A stretch of DNA of 64,000 nucleotides from Antedon mediterranea (GCF_964355755.1 NC_092670.1:23918795-23982794); one strand, 5' to 3'; shown: positions 35,781-51,100, numbered from the stretch's first letter. The notes: generated by a model not told the origin, from the sequence alone. Numbers and translations: made by a program.

Positions 35781-38700
35781 TGTGGGTAGATTACTGACAG
35801 TTGCCTCTCAACATTTTTGTATTAATTAATAATTATAAAAAATATAAACGTCGTAGTGGTGTATCGTTACGTGTACTTTACTATTTCAATCGACTATAAC
35901 AGTTTTAAAAAAGTATTATAAATCGTATTTACTGTGTTTAGTGGTATAGGCTATTATTAATAGGCCTATAAAACATTTAAAACAATATTTCGTTACTGAG
36001 TGGAGAGAGAATATATTAAAAAATTGTTCTTCCCATCTTCTTCTCCATCCCTCAACTCTAATGTTATATACAAAACACAAATTGGGTTTGTTTAAATGAG
36101 TTCAACTAAAAAAATTGGTGAAATTGGACTCATTTTTAAGACAAGGCCAAATTCCCAGGGTGCTAATTTTATGTAAATCATCGTGTCTATTTATTCGTTT
36201 CTGTAAACGACAATGTACTATAGTCCTGCGGTACGTACATTTTTTACGCTGAAATTACTGTGTATTCGAGAACCATTTGTGGACACGACCTAGATGGTAC
36301 GCGAGCGAAGCGTCAGCGTGGTTGGTTTTGAATGTTCTTTTTGTGGGTTGTAGAGTTACATGGGAAAGCGGTGAGATCGGATGCCGGTGTACATTTTGGC
36401 CATTACTGAACTCTGTTTCTAATACCATGGATATTTCAGAACACCCATGCTGAAGTAACACAACCACAACGATCTTTCTTATTTCACTTCATTTAAACTA
36501 AAGTGAGCCCTCTTGATACATTTAGTTTTCTCCTATTATTCGCTTATCAACTGACCAAGGAGGACAGACAGAAACCTTCTGTCTTATATTTATTTTTATT
36601 TTATCTTATTTTGCCTTTTTATCCATCCTCAGCTTTACAATAACATTTTGTTTTGTGTAAATGTTAATAACCCACGAAAAACATAAATAGTACCCATAAC
36701 AACGATATCTCCTCATTTTTCTCCCAATCAACATCGTCTTGTTCGTGTAATGTTTGTTCACTGTATGATTTTCTCAACTATGTGTAAACACGTCACCACC
36801 AAGATAGGCCTAATTTGATTTGAAATATAAAGTAACACTTTACTTTAATATATACCGGTATTACTTTATAATGATAAAATAATATGTTAATAATAAAACA
36901 TAAAGGTAATACGAACATATAGAATGATTTTCATCTAAAACCTGTACGGTGTTTTACTTCGCAAACAGTCTAGTCCTTACGATATTTAATAACACTTAAC
37001 GCAATCTTATATTGTTTTGGTAAAAATATCACGTCTCCTATTCAGTATTTAACTTTCATATCGCGTCTCTGAAATTCATTTCAAACACGTTTGTTTGCTT
37101 TATTTTATATTGTGTTATGATATAAAAATTAGATAATGTCAATCAGTAGTTAAATTCATAATTTGTTGGCTTTCTTGATGTAAATAGACATGTTGGTACC
37201 AGATGTTGTCTTGAAAGAGTCAGGGCCGTTCTACAATACGGTTAGCAATTTGACTACAGGACATATTGACTATTTTGACTTAATCTCCTATTAGATAGAA
37301 CTATACCGTTACCAAACAATAAAATGCGTCTATGTTGTCCATTACAAATTTTAAAAATAAATGAACGAATCCGAACTGCTCCTTTAGTATTATATATATT
37401 CAAGTAGTGTTTGACTATGATCACATACACCGTAAAAAGAGCATTCAGGGTTCTAATTCAGACCACCAGATAACAAAAATAGATACAAGTACATATGCAT
37501 ACTGATTGGTGAAATGGTTGTGTGATTAGTCCTTGTCATAAGGTCTTGCATCAAAAATCCATCGACTCATAAGACTTAAGAGAAGAAGTTGATCATCGGT
37601 AATTTTTGGTAAAGCTTGGTTCCTACTTGAACGCAAGAAAGTTGACCAAGCGACAGTTCGGCTGATCCATCGCGTCGTGATTGATCAAATTACTTACGGT
37701 GGGTTATGTAGTTGCGTTGTGTCCATGTGACGTTCATCGTCCTTTTACGGGCGAGTACGATAAAGTTAAGGCCCTTGCACACTGAACCTTAAACAAGAGC
37801 GACACGTGACCATCTTCAAATCGAAGCAAGTCACGCTAATCTTGAACAAGTTGCCCATGGAGAGCAACTGAAGCGAATTCAGGCGCGAAGCTTTCGTGAG
37901 CTCCAAATTAACCATAAAGTTAAAGATTGACTGACGTCACATTCCATTTGAAACTGAAATCGTTCGTCGCGTCAAAATTACGGTTCGTTTTTACGGAATT
38001 ATTCTGTTCACCGGCCGTTACCAAAAAAAAAATCGCCTAGTTCGTGCCCTAAGTATATTGATAACAGGATTCGATCTGGCGTCAATGCGCGTGGTTTATT
38101 AAGATGTAAATGCTAGAATATGGCAATAAAAACTGTTGGATCCTTCTCAGAGTGAATTAATGAGATTTATCATAGCCAATACACGGTATTTAAATTACAT
38201 CGTTCATATCGTGAGATGGTCTTCATTATTAGTTATTTTGAGCACTTAAGTTCAATCACCTTACTTAAGTTCGATTGGCAAATTACATCAGTATCTTCGT
38301 AATACAAACAAATAACGGAAATAATACAATTTGGAAACTAAAGACCATGAATTAGGTAAACATTGAGTACTTGACTACACTAATTAGCAAACTTTATTAT
38401 GCTGATAATGTCAATGTGAATTCCAATCATCGTAATTTTTTTAATGACTAAACGATAACATGATTGTTTTGTTTTCGAAATACCAACTAAACATTAGCGA
38501 ACATCGGCATGGTGTTACTAAAGGTTAATTGTCTACTTCTTAATCAGTCACGAACTGAGCAACTTAATGTAAATAATTAAATTCGAATTACCTTTTATGT
38601 AATAGCTTTGCAGGTAAAGATCTGGAAAAAGCCGAATGAATGCGTGACGGCGAGAACACCAAAACGCGTTCAACACATGACATTCCTAATTGTGCATCTC

Positions 38701-39291
38701 GTCGGTACCAACAATGTAAAGTGCCATCGGAAGCACGATGCAATGTGAATGAGCAAGACGGCATAGAAGGAAGGTCCCGAACTCTTACATATCCACCTTT
38801 TATCGGTGCTCTCAGTATATAGACAGGGTTAGGCCTATCAAACATATAGCATTGGTAGGCCTATAGGCCACCGCTTGTAGATCTTCACCAAAGAAATGCA
38901 TTTAGGAACATCAGGCACCGTCGGGTTATAGTTGGATACAGTATATTATTTAGTCCAAAGGTTTTTCATGTATTAAACAAAAACAAGAAAACTCCAGGCA
39001 TGTGTAGGCCTATTTGAAAACAAACCGGGTGTTCCCCCTTCTCCCCCCACACGCACTAATTCTCCATAAACACGCACTAATTGCCTGCTTTTAATTAACG
39101 TCAATTCGTTTAGTTTTTATCTCGTCGCTGTTTGTTTTGACATCACTGATAATAGCTGCTGATACGGGATATTTATCCGCATGCAGCAGATGAAGTTTGC
39201 CGCCTTTGGCACCAGTCACAATACTAATCAATCTTCATCACAATCCCATCAGTCCAAGTCGATTATTTTAGCTAGTATTCGTCATTAGGAA

Positions 39292-39352
39292 GGCTATTGT
39301 TGGATTAGAACCCAGGATCTTTTCGCCAGAAGCGACAGTTCTAACCATGGCG
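39292..39352 (-). mobile_element. tRNA-derived SINE head or tRNA pseudogene fragment
   Basis: Minus strand cgccaTGGTTAGAactgtcgcttctggcgaaaagatcctgGGTTCTAATCCaac has A-box-like and B-box-like motifs at tRNA spacing, but no full cloverleaf. Confidence 0.5.
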
Positions 39353-40484
39353 TATCCATCATATTAAAGAATAGGATGTTATTAAGAAATATTTAATTTA
39401 AATATTCCTCTCAGCCATTGTATTAACTTGATATTTATTCAGGTTATTTCAGATGTTATACAGCAAAGACATCGTCGCCATGGTGATTATGTCAACAAAA
39501 GTGCGTTGTATATTTAGTAAACTTATAGGGTTACTCAGTGATATCTAACCACCTTATAACTATAATAAAACGCATTCGAACACTTATTATTTTGTACGAA
39601 AACGATGAAATAAACAGTATATTTCGCGCACAGCAACTTAATTAAACACATTAATTCCTTGTGTATTGTAATATTTAAGCAGTCACAGCTAACAACGAGA
39701 AAATTGCCTCTTATAAATGAGATAATTATAAAATGGTTAGCGATACTCAACGTCTGCATGCTGGGCATGATACCAAACGCAAACCTCTCGAAAATATTGT
39801 TGACGTCACACTCTCAATTTACTGGTGTTTTCAACAATATCATAAGAATAATGATATTGAAACATCTGTAAATGAACCAAAATTGGTGACAATCTAATGG
39901 GCGTGCGTATAAATACATTTCACAGATAATTATTGTTTGTAGAGCAAATTAGCGTTTGCCCGTATCAATCGTATGACGCACACCGAACGCAATCGCGTCA
40001 ACATTAATTTAGTTTCAAATATGTCCATCCCATATAAATATAGATAAAAGCACTTAGCTAAGTAAACCTAAACAAACACGATTGTTTTAGTCATTTAGAT
40101 CAGCAGAAATGCCATCACTTTTCGAAGCAACTTTATACACGCTAATGATGGTTAATTACGGAAGTGTAATACTTAAGAATGAACGCATGTTCGTTTACGC
40201 TCTAACCGTCATTTTCACACCTAACGATGTCGGCAAGTATCATCAAAACTATCAATAGCACCTGTAATAAGAGACGGTTCATCGGGTACTTTTGTCACCA
40301 AACAAATCAAATTAAATTTAGTATTGATGCCAACAAGAGTACTAGCAGACTTACACAGACACCGTAGTACAGAATTTAACGAAATGATAACTTAAAGGGT
40401 GACTCCGGGCAAGGTTGTCTAATTGCTCTCATGATTGCTTATTAACGTTTATGGTCGTACAAATGGCTACAGTTAAATTCTTAA

Positions 40485-40784
40485 AGATGTATTGTTCCCC
40501 AAAAACATGAAAAATGAAGATCAAAGTTTTAATAGACCACAAAGTTAATCACTTTAGTAGAAAAAAACCCCCGAAAAAAATGTTTTCACTTATAAGATGA
40601 TAAAATAAATGGTTAAATTTGACCATAAACCCACTGACTGGCAGCCATTTTGACTATTTTTTGCTTTAAACTACAGGTAAATAATTTTGTTTCCGATCCA
40701 ATTTTAGGTCAAAATGATTTATTATTATATATTATGGCATACGGTATTCAGCAAAAAAAAAAAATGATCAGGGGACATGCTTCT
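40485..40784 (+). mobile_element. TTAA-type (Kolobok-like) MITE; related copies at ~4200-4370 (+) and ~59990-60270 (-)
   Basis: ttaa|agatgtattgttcccc ... ggggacatgcttct|ttag; shared internal aaaataaatggttaaat and tttgactattttttgc blocks. Confidence 0.65.
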
Positions 40785-43700
40785 TTAGGCCTAATCTTTT
40801 ACACATAATTATTTCGCATTTGCAAACATTATTTTTATTTGACCTTTGTTTTTTTGTATTAAAGAATCACCAATATTTAAGTTGGTTTTACCGCAAAAAA
40901 AAAACCGCAACCAATCATATCGCGTGAATAAATTCGTCTGTGAAAATTAAACTTAACGCAACGTTGTGATATCCATATAGTTTAAAAAAAATATGAACAA
41001 CATATCAAGTCACATTTGAACCTTTTAAAATATGCTTTGTATAAATAACAAATTAGAAGAGCACGATAATCATTCGTTTAAAAATAATTACTACGTAAGT
41101 ACGAGATTTATTCCATAAGTCGAAAGATCGGGCTTTGAAATTTGAATAATTTAAATGAATTTAGTATACATTTTGATTTATTATTTATAAAATTCTTCTT
41201 TAACAAAATGTGCTAATCACTTTGTCGGTCCTATTGAAGTATTTTCCTTTAGGTAGAACGTTTTTAGCTTCATGTAATTTCGCGTAAGCAACATGTTTGA
41301 CGGATGATCGTATTCAACACTAGACTCACCATATTTAACATAAAGTTCAAGCATGAGATTAACTTTTGCCCCTAGGTAATTTCCTTAATCGGAATTATTG
41401 ATCCATTTACAGGTGGCGAGAATATAGGTGTTAGTGAGCCTTTAATGTATTATACCCTCAGTATGCGACAGGTGATAAATCAGTATCTGTACTGTAAACG
41501 TGTGTTGATTGCAACACTTAGTAACAGCCAAAATTTAAATGTCTGTGTTAGGAAACTATAAATGATTTATAATTGTAGAGAGTTTAGATGTTGAGAGTTT
41601 TGTTAACTCCCTCTCTCGCAGACGGAATTTTGCCATCACACAGCACAGCGCCACTCGAGCGTTAAATGCAGTGTTAGTATTTTCTCATTTGGGTCATCAA
41701 CCGGCTCAGCTACAGTGATTAAGTTCACTTAGGTTGACCATGGTCTCCCCAATTTCAGTTTTTACTCGGTGTACCCGAGTCTAGTACTCGCTCATCTTCT
41801 CCCCTTCCATTTCCTCCTCTTCCATCTGGACACTATTGAGCCAACTTTCAAGTCCTACTAGTTCTTTAGTTCGCGTCGTCTGATGATGTATATACTAGGG
41901 TAGAGAGAAAAGGTTCGTACTTCAACCGGATGCAGAATTATGACCTCATAAACATTGTACCAATCGAAAAAAATTGCGATTTATAAAGTACTACTCCTCC
42001 CTTATTCGTTTTAGTATGGAGCTGGGATTTGGCATGGGTATACTACAGGGACCTGTCCTCCAAGCTATAGATTTTTTAATTTCAAATCGGATGCTGCCAT
42101 ATGACGTCTCAAAGATGGTACCTTGGTGCCAAACGATTTTCGTCGTAATATAGCCGTGTTTGGTGTCATTTCAAAGGTCTTGACTTGAGAATAAGAATAT
42201 ATACAGTAAACACCTATTTATGATATTGTGACGTCAATTCTGCTCCCGGAAATAGCAAAAAATCACTTTGAGATTTCTTAATTTATCGTAATTATGCCAT
42301 TTCCGGTTATGTTACGTAACCTTTCGGAATATAGCCGTATTTAGTAGCGAGGTTATTGATGTGTATGTGACGTTAACATCCCGTCTTATTAAAATCATTA
42401 TTACATTACAGCTTCTTTTGCTGTACCCCGAGTGTCGCACATTCGTGCTTGTTTTTTGTGCTGAAATAGACCAAATAAATAATGAAATGTAATGAAATGA
42501 AAGTATAGTCACTTTACAGCACAGAGTGAGATTACTATCCTTGATTTTACATAACTCTTTCTTATAGTTATACTCTGCCTCGCTCATGTAGGCCTACTGA
42601 CAAAAAAAGTAAACATTTCCACGTAAAGATATATGAGTAAAAACAAATTTCACATAATTATTCAAAATTGATATTCAATACAGGAAAATTTGCCTCTTCG
42701 TTGTGCATGATGTTTTGCAAACAATTTTTTTGTGTGAAAAAAGCAGGACGTATAACACAGAAATTGGCAAATCGACGATTGGCAAAAATATATGTTTATC
42801 GATCATAAATAATTCTTTCTACCGTTCGCTTGATCACAAAAAATACAAGTAATCTCACCAAGCACTATTAAGCTTTACATCAACGCCGCATTCAGGAACA
42901 CAACAACGGATAATATCCAATGTTATTTCAATTAAATCGAAGAAGTAGACAGGGCCTATAATCCAGTTCTGAATCATCAACACAAACAATTACAAAATAA
43001 AAATAAAAATCCTCGTAATAATAAACGTCATTTCTACAACAACATCTTAAACAGCAAAATTTAAGGGTTCCAAAGTCGATAATGACTTTTTCATTTTCAT
43101 TGAAAGCATCAGCATTGATTTGGCTGTACAGTGTAATGCCCAATGAGTGTTGTTCTAAGTGGTTTGTTGTGTATATTCATACTACATATTTTGTAGGCTT
43201 TTAAGTGCATAGGCTCAAGTACATCACATTTCTTTAACGCCAGAGAAAAATCATCAGTGTTATTATTCCATTTAGTAGTTGGGACTGTATATTTTTTATT
43301 TATACGGAGCAGATAATGTATTTTGTTAGACATTAAACACGCATGAAATATGATAATGTAAATCTGTAGGTTAAAAGATGCAAAAGTGTTATTTTAGATT
43401 GTGCACACTGAATGATCAATCTGTAAAGTATATTATTTTTATTATTTTGCAGTTATTAAGCCATAATAGCCATTCAGCGTAACCTGATATGTTTATTTTA
43501 TTAAAATAAAATAATGACACCCCTTTTCGCCGTCTGAACATCAAATAAAGGATGTTTTTGGACAATGCTGAACATACAACTAAACAGGGACGATTTTGCG
43601 ACAACACTAGCTCTTCTGCATGATATAAAACTTCCAATAATTATACCATTAGGAATTAGTTTGTGGCAAATTTATATCTGATATCTAGACATCTTTCTCC

Positions 43701-44644
43701 AGGTGTGGAACAGACCGAGTAGATTTGATTATACGCGCGCGCATGCCCATATTGTTCATAACTTTTAGGATAAACATAACAATGTAACAGGAAGACATAT
43801 GCAAATGTGAAAATGAAAGAGAATGCTCCCTATCCCCTCCCACAAATGTACACATTTTAAAATTGACAAATCTGGGCTTCTTCTGATAAAATACACGTGC
43901 ACATAAATTTCGCTAGATCAGCAGCGCATCGTGAAAATCGGCCTACTTTTTGCAACCTTCTTCATAAATCTGTTACAATTTGTTAATGTTTGTTTCAGGA
44001 AGTTATACACATTTATCTGTATATAGTATACTACTAATAGCTACTTCACCATTTAGCGGTCATCTTATTGAAAAGCAATTAAATAAGTATGTGATAAATT
44101 AAACTGCGTCTATCAGTTATGCTGATTAATTTACTGGCCTACATTTTGATGTGTAAAATAAAACGTGTGTTTCTTATTAAAATCTAATCTATTATAGATA
44201 CAATTGCCATTAACAATGTAATGTTGTTCTTTTCTCTGAAAGTATGAGAAAGACATATACCATGTTCCTGTTTGTTGGTTAGTTTTGCTTGCTAATTCCA
44301 TGATTCTGGGATCGAATCATGTTAAAGTCTGGTTGTCACGACCAATTCCAAACGTAAATGCAAGAGAAATGCTATTTCTTGCCGTTCATTATACCTGGAA
44401 CTGAAAATACAAAACTATGGTATGTGCAGCGTTCACTGTTGGCCAGATAATTATTTGCGGTAGTGTACGTATACTATATGCAACAAGTTTACTGTACCGT
44501 ACTCTGTAAGTCCTGAATAGAGGTTTTTACTGTAATAATAAGATAATTAGAAGGTACAAAGGCACTAGATGACTTGCAATAGTCAGTTAGATTCTATCTA
44601 GTGACTGCAGAATCAAGTATATAATATATATACGCCAACGTAGA

Positions 44645-44800
44645 AAGCTTTGTTCCCATTGGGACGTGACGCAAGGACGTAAGTGCAACGTAAGTAACTT
44701 GACCAATCACAAACGATGGATTATCCGAACTGTCGCTGCCATTGGTCAATTCGGTTACGTTGCTTCGTCCTTTAATTGCGTCCTAGTGGGAACCAAGATT
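44645..44800. mobile_element. MITE family AAGCTTGGTTCCCACTAG
   Basis: aagctttgttcccattgggacg ... cgtcctagtgggaaccaagatt; related copies at 45012-45199 and ~37612-37720. Confidence 0.7.
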
Positions 44801-45011
44801 AAGGGTAGGTAACGGATTATTAGGACCCTACTAGGACGAAAGTGAATCTTTCAAGCAACGGCAAAACTGTGATCATTGTAATTTGTCAAATTGAGCACGT
44901 ACGTATTTACGTTGCGTCGGAATTTAAAAGTGCCTTAAAGCTACGTTCACAATGAGCCCGGGAAATCGTGAGAAACATGTGTAGTGTTTTAAGAATAGAA
45001 CCTTCTCACTA

Positions 45012-45199
45012 AAGCTTGGTTCCCACTAGGACGCGACGTAAAGACGTACAAAAAGCGCAACGTATGTATCCAAATTTGGCCTATCAAAAGCTATGAATTA
45101 TCCGAACTGTCGCGTGTCATTTGTCAATTCAGTTGCCTACTTGACCAATCAGTTGCATTGCGCAACGTCTCTGCGTTGCGTTCAGTGTGAACCAAGCTT
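45012..45199. mobile_element. MITE family AAGCTTGGTTCCCACTAG, second copy
   Basis: aagcttggttcccact ... agtgtgaaccaagctt; shared ttatccgaactgtcgc core. Confidence 0.7.
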
Positions 45200-48100
45200 A
45201 ACATTCCGAATTCCGTACAAAGCGTAGTGTGTGTTTTCTCTGGCCACAGGACTAAACCGAGCTCAGTAAACGTGTAAGTTGAGTCATAAAAAGAAGTAGG
45301 TAACGTAATCTCCGTATACATAGTCGAACAAACAATTTTATTGGACATAATAGTTTTTCTATAAAAGAAATTAATCTTTTAACAAAGCTCAGAATAACAA
45401 AAAAAAAGATCTCCGATTGATTTCAAATATCAAGCAGTGTAGAATGTACAGCGTCTAAAAATGAAATAAACACTGTGATTTCGATATGCAATATTGTACA
45501 GCTAACAGGTGTGGACAATGATTCATGACTACAGTGTTACAAGCAAATTCAAATCTCGGATTGGATTGCTGTTTAATTAGCAGTTGTAAGCTGCGATTAC
45601 TGAACAGTATAGTTCACGATTTAAGGTTACTGCCTAGATTGAGGTTAAACAGAAAAAACCTCAAATACTTGGCATTCTGAAAAATAGAAAAGTTAAAAAA
45701 CAAAATATCAAAATCATGAGGATTTACAAATATTGATTGGTTATTTTATCCGATACAATAAAATACATAAAATATGAAGATACTTCTCGCATTAACAATT
45801 GTTTCACATTTAATCCGTTTGTAGACTTTGAGCTGTGGTTGTAAACGTAATTTTATTTTGCGACCAACTTCACAAAATACAATTCTCTTTGTACCAATAA
45901 TGTTGATACTGTTTAGAATAGTTTTACTTCTTTCCGTTCCATATTATTTTCTTAATGATAAGATAATACTTATCGTTATCGTATATTCCTTATGTTAGGC
46001 CTATATAGGCCTATATATCTGTAGTAGTAGCCTGTGGCGATAACTCGCTGTTGCTCTTATGAATTGAAATAAAGTTTAAAGATAAGCATTAACATTAACT
46101 TCTTTTTTGACAAGTTTAAAAATAAAACATTATTGCTTATAAGCTTACACATTCATTTATACTGTAGGCCTAAATCATTTAAGCTTAAGTACGCCCTCAT
46201 ATTGTAGCTTAGCTTTAATAGGCTCAATGTTCCATTTGGTGTTGATTATGAAAAATGGTTGAAAAAGGAGAAAATAAAAATTTGAATTTAAATCATAACA
46301 CACCTATGTATCTTTGTCATTATTGTTTGATTAGAATAGGCCTATGAACCTTTCAGGCTTTTGTAAAAATTTAGAATTTTGAAATATATTGTGTGTAACA
46401 GTCTATATTACTATACAATCAATTCACTATCACGGTATATAATGATTTCAATGATGGGTGTGTGAATTTTAAAAATATCGTTCATTTTGTAGAATTCTAT
46501 GAATTTTAAATTGAGAAATGTTGCTGAAGGTGAACTTTAAAAACTGTAGGCGATAGATTGGAAAGAAAATAAATCAAAATCAATAGTGTGACAGATTGTT
46601 AGATTCACAAGGGATTCAATGATTCGTAAAAGTGTTTAGACTTGACCGAGTTATCTAGGTCGTCCCCTTAAATGTAAAAATGTAAGACAAATTTAACTTT
46701 CAAGTAAACAAGCAAACTGGTATTCCCATAACACCACAACACCATAACATGGCATGTCCACTTACGTTCTGGTCAAAATCCAACCCACTGTCATTAACGG
46801 GTGGTGACTGTCAATGGTCAGTTAATACTGTCTTAAGGACAGGTTCAGTGTCTGGTGAAATTCCCACGAATCGAATCAGTTTTCACAAAAGGTAACGGAA
46901 GTTTGTTCCAATTAAATAAAGTTTAAATGCTTCTAACATTGGAATAATTGTATACTGGAAACGTTTAATTTTTTAAAAATTTTGTTGTGATGTTTTGTGA
47001 CACGTTTGTATGCCACTTCTAAAACTTATTAAGTTCTTATCGTTTTTTATAGCAAAATTAATTTGTTTAATGATTTTGTATTTATTTATGAACCTAATGC
47101 GTGACAGATTGTGGTAACATCAAGTACCTGACAAGGACTGCCGACTTTATACAATCTGTACCCATCGACTTAAGTATGTACTCGAGCTTATACTCAATTT
47201 ATACGTGATGAAACATGTTGTTAATGATGCGATTTGAGATTTGTTAGGTGTTTTTATAGATCTATGGTTATATACTCTTCAGATTACGAACCCTTTAAAG
47301 TAATACAGCTCTTTCGGTTCATGACGAACCCCCTCATAGCATAGAAAGTTAAATAGACAGTTTTAACTGTTCGATTTATATCACATGCAGTACAGTAGTC
47401 TAGAAGTCTATAGAAAAGGCGGGTGAGGGGTGAGTGGAGGGTGTTATTATGCACATCAGACAACCATGTTCAATATGCTTTGGATTGCTAACATTTTCAA
47501 ATTGTGTCCATGGGGTTTTATTAGCCTTTTAGTTAGCCATGTTGGATACTGTGTATAAATGTAATTTTTAGAGATTACGAAAGTAACTAATCATCACAGA
47601 GATTTTGTATCAGTTATTCACAACATGTTTATATTCACTCTTTCTGAAATGGTTAAAGTATACACGCAAAATTCTACAAGTTAATACAAATATAAAAATA
47701 GATAATTAAAAACTGTGAGATATGAAAGCACTTAATCGGCATACGTACATTCTCTGCTTCAAAGCCACTTAATCGACATATTATTATATTACGTCATTCA
47801 CCTCGGTCTTTTTGACCAATTATTCATTAAGAGTGTCTCATTTTCGGCGTTCCATACTGAATCAATACTCTTGGAAAGAAAGAAAGACAATACGAAGATG
47901 CTTTATTAGATATATTATTAAAACACTCGACAGCTGTACGAAACACATTGAAAAGAATATCGTAGGCCTGCATTTGTCTGAGTCTTGGCCATCTATAAGC
48001 AAATGAGAGTCACATTGCATTATGTTTTTCGAGGGGAGAGTTAAATAGTATTGAAACACTTTTATACATCTAAAATATTCATCGTTATTTATTGTAGGCC

Positions 48101-51100
48101 TACTTGTTTTCGAGAAAAGAAAACCAAATTCTCTCGGCCCCAGCCCAGCCTCCCCTCCCCAATCATTCCGATCGACGGCCCCTGACTTGCTTGATAATTG
48201 ACTTTTCTATCAATTGTATCCGTTATTTTTGCTGACATTTGTAGCTTACTGAAATTTCGAATAGGTCTATTTTAAGACCTTTCCTTGCAATCAGTCATTA
48301 AATCTTCAAAAAGTACAGTATCGATGTATACAGTGACGTCATAAAGTGTTTAGATTGCGTCTATTTTGATTGACTTCAAGTGCCATCACAGACGCTCAGC
48401 CAAGTAATCTAGAAGGATAAACTCACTTTTATGTGGTTTAATTTGATATCGATATAACCATAAACATCGTTGTCGTCATCATCATCATTAAAATCAACCG
48501 TACCATTACCATATGGCCTGTTTCTACTGATCGGGGAGATCCACATTGAAAAAAACTTTGAAATTTGCCAACAGAAACGAGTTCTTTACAATGTTGTCTA
48601 TAATATTACACACACACAGGGGTTGGATCTGTGTATTTTACACCTACATCCTCGAGGTTCAAATGGTGGACCGTCCCTTATCATACACATGGGGTTCGAC
48701 CGGTGAATTTTATACCGCCAATCCAATGGTTATTCGGATTATATATAAATTCGTCAGGATCTCCCGACCATCCTTTCAATAAAGTCTTTAACTGGTAGAC
48801 GTTTCACTCTGAATAAAAAACACTGCCGACAATCATTTGTTTATAATTCAATTCATGTATTTAATAGCAAATTTGTAAGATCTCTTTTTGAAATTTTAAA
48901 CTGTTTTGTATGTCAAATTGCATGTAAATCAACCAACAAAATGTCATTTATTGTTGATAGAATGACAATACATATCGTATCAAAAAGAAGGCAGGAGTAT
49001 GGTTTGGTTATGCCTATGCCAGGGAAGAAAACATGTTATTTTGATTAAGAGTTCACCTCTTAATACAGTGATATTACGATTAGTGTTTAAGGTTAGGATA
49101 GAATATAGTTTTTGTTTTAATGGTCTTTCTCTGTGGGGACTCCTGTCTTCATATTGATGATCCGAATATAGTTACCAGTAGAGTTAAAGATTAAGGTCCT
49201 TTTTTATTTTGCTCGCTCTTCTTTTTATTTTAAATAAGATTTGCAATTATAAAGAAAATGAAAAGAAAGAAAAGTACTAGTAGTTTTTTTAACAACAGAT
49301 AAATGATTTATTGAAAACATACCGACTGCAGTAATTTGTTATTTCTTGTGACTTATTGATATTTGGAAATAATTCGACGAGTAGATAACATAATTTAGCA
49401 AAGGCGTTGTTTAAATTAGGAATGTTATATCGAGCATTGACAAGCTATTGGCATGTTTCTTTGTTGTATGGCATCTCTAAGGAATAGCTCAATAGAATTA
49501 GACGTTTAAATCGATCGGCATAAATCTCTAAATTGTTGCATATATTTTGACTAGGTAGGCCTATTGGTATGGAATAACAGCATATATGGAATAACACAAC
49601 GCATTTTATCTATGGCGAGACATCTTCTCAAAATATTAATTACTATTGATATATAAAACCGTAATGTATAATGTTGTACGTATCAGTACTCAGTACTGTA
49701 TCTTCACATTTGACAATTTGCTTAGTATCATCGACAGTTCCGTAATACAGTATCCCTTGCGTATCACATGTGTTGCGGCCGAATCATGTACGTTAGGTAT
49801 AATTCTATAGGCCTAGGTGAAACATATGAAGCCCATACAATTCTACACCATGGTGTCCTACGATACTTTACGGATTTAGATTCCGATTCTGAGAATCGGC
49901 AAAATGACAGAGTCGCGTAAAAAGATGTTTTTAAATTTCTATGGCACTTTTAACAAAAACAAATATTAAGAGAACAAAAATGAAACCAAGTAAACAAGCA
50001 ATTAGGCCTGTCATACACACTGACATCGGCCATTCACTTGGTCACCTCACCTCCTAGGTAGATCTTATGTGGACTTTTAAAACGTAAGCAGGGTGACTTA
50101 CCGATGGTAAGGAGCAATTCATTACAGAATTGCGGCGGTATGAGAACGGAAAAAGAACTGCCACCAGTCTTAGTTTTCGGTTTTTATTTAATTATAAATA
50201 ACAATGTATCTTATCCAGACAAATATGCCTCAACTACTTTGAAAAATAGAGTACTACGGTATCATGCACTATATTTGTTTGATTATTTCCATTTTCACTA
50301 GGTCTATTTAGTATGTGGCGTATTGAATATTAGTGTCCTGTGAGTGTACCTTGCGAGGAGTCACAGTTATGCATGTTTTCTCTATTATACTCTCTAATTG
50401 CCTATGTCATCCTAATGATTTTCTAGAGTAAAACTATCAATCTCGTTATTGTAGTTCTCGTCTTGACACATTGTATTAAAACCTGATCACAAAATTGCTT
50501 TTGGCTAGAAAGCTTATAGCAATCACTTAATGTATGTAATAAAAACAATTTAAAATTATCAGTGTAATGTGTCATATAAACTGAATAAATCATAACATTA
50601 AGAAAAAAAGTCGTTGTTATTTGAGCTAATGCGAGGCATATTATTATAACGCGGTGATTGGAATAATACTATTACGAGTATCGGTTTGTTATGATTGCAT
50701 CGTAGCCTTAATGGTTAAATCTTTATTAGTGAATCTTGACAAACATTATTTCAGCCCAATCATCATTACAGTTCCTTAAGCCAGTCTGATGGTCATTTGA
50801 AATTCAAGAGTAGCCAACGATTTTATGTCATCTTATATTAAAATGATATCAAAAGCTTTTATCTAGTTACATGTATTACTGTGTGACGTTGCCAGTAGGT
50901 TTCTAAAGTAGGCAAAATAATAAGTTTGTTGCTTGTGAGTTATGATGTTCGTCAGAAAACCTTTGAATGATAGTTATGACGAAAATGCACGATAGGTGTT
51001 TTGGTTACCTACTCTGCAATTAACCAACATTGAATAAACAAAGTATGATATTTGTAATGCTTTCAAACATCTTCCTTTTAATGAATAACAGTATTATACC

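Noticed and set aside
39292-39352. Functional tRNA gene
   Set aside because: No acceptor stem and a mutated T-loop (GTTCTA); treated as a SINE/pseudogene fragment.
40391-41445. Outer TTAA element (ttaaagggtgactc ... gtgagcctttaa) enclosing the 40485 MITE
   Set aside because: Terminal match is too weak to support.
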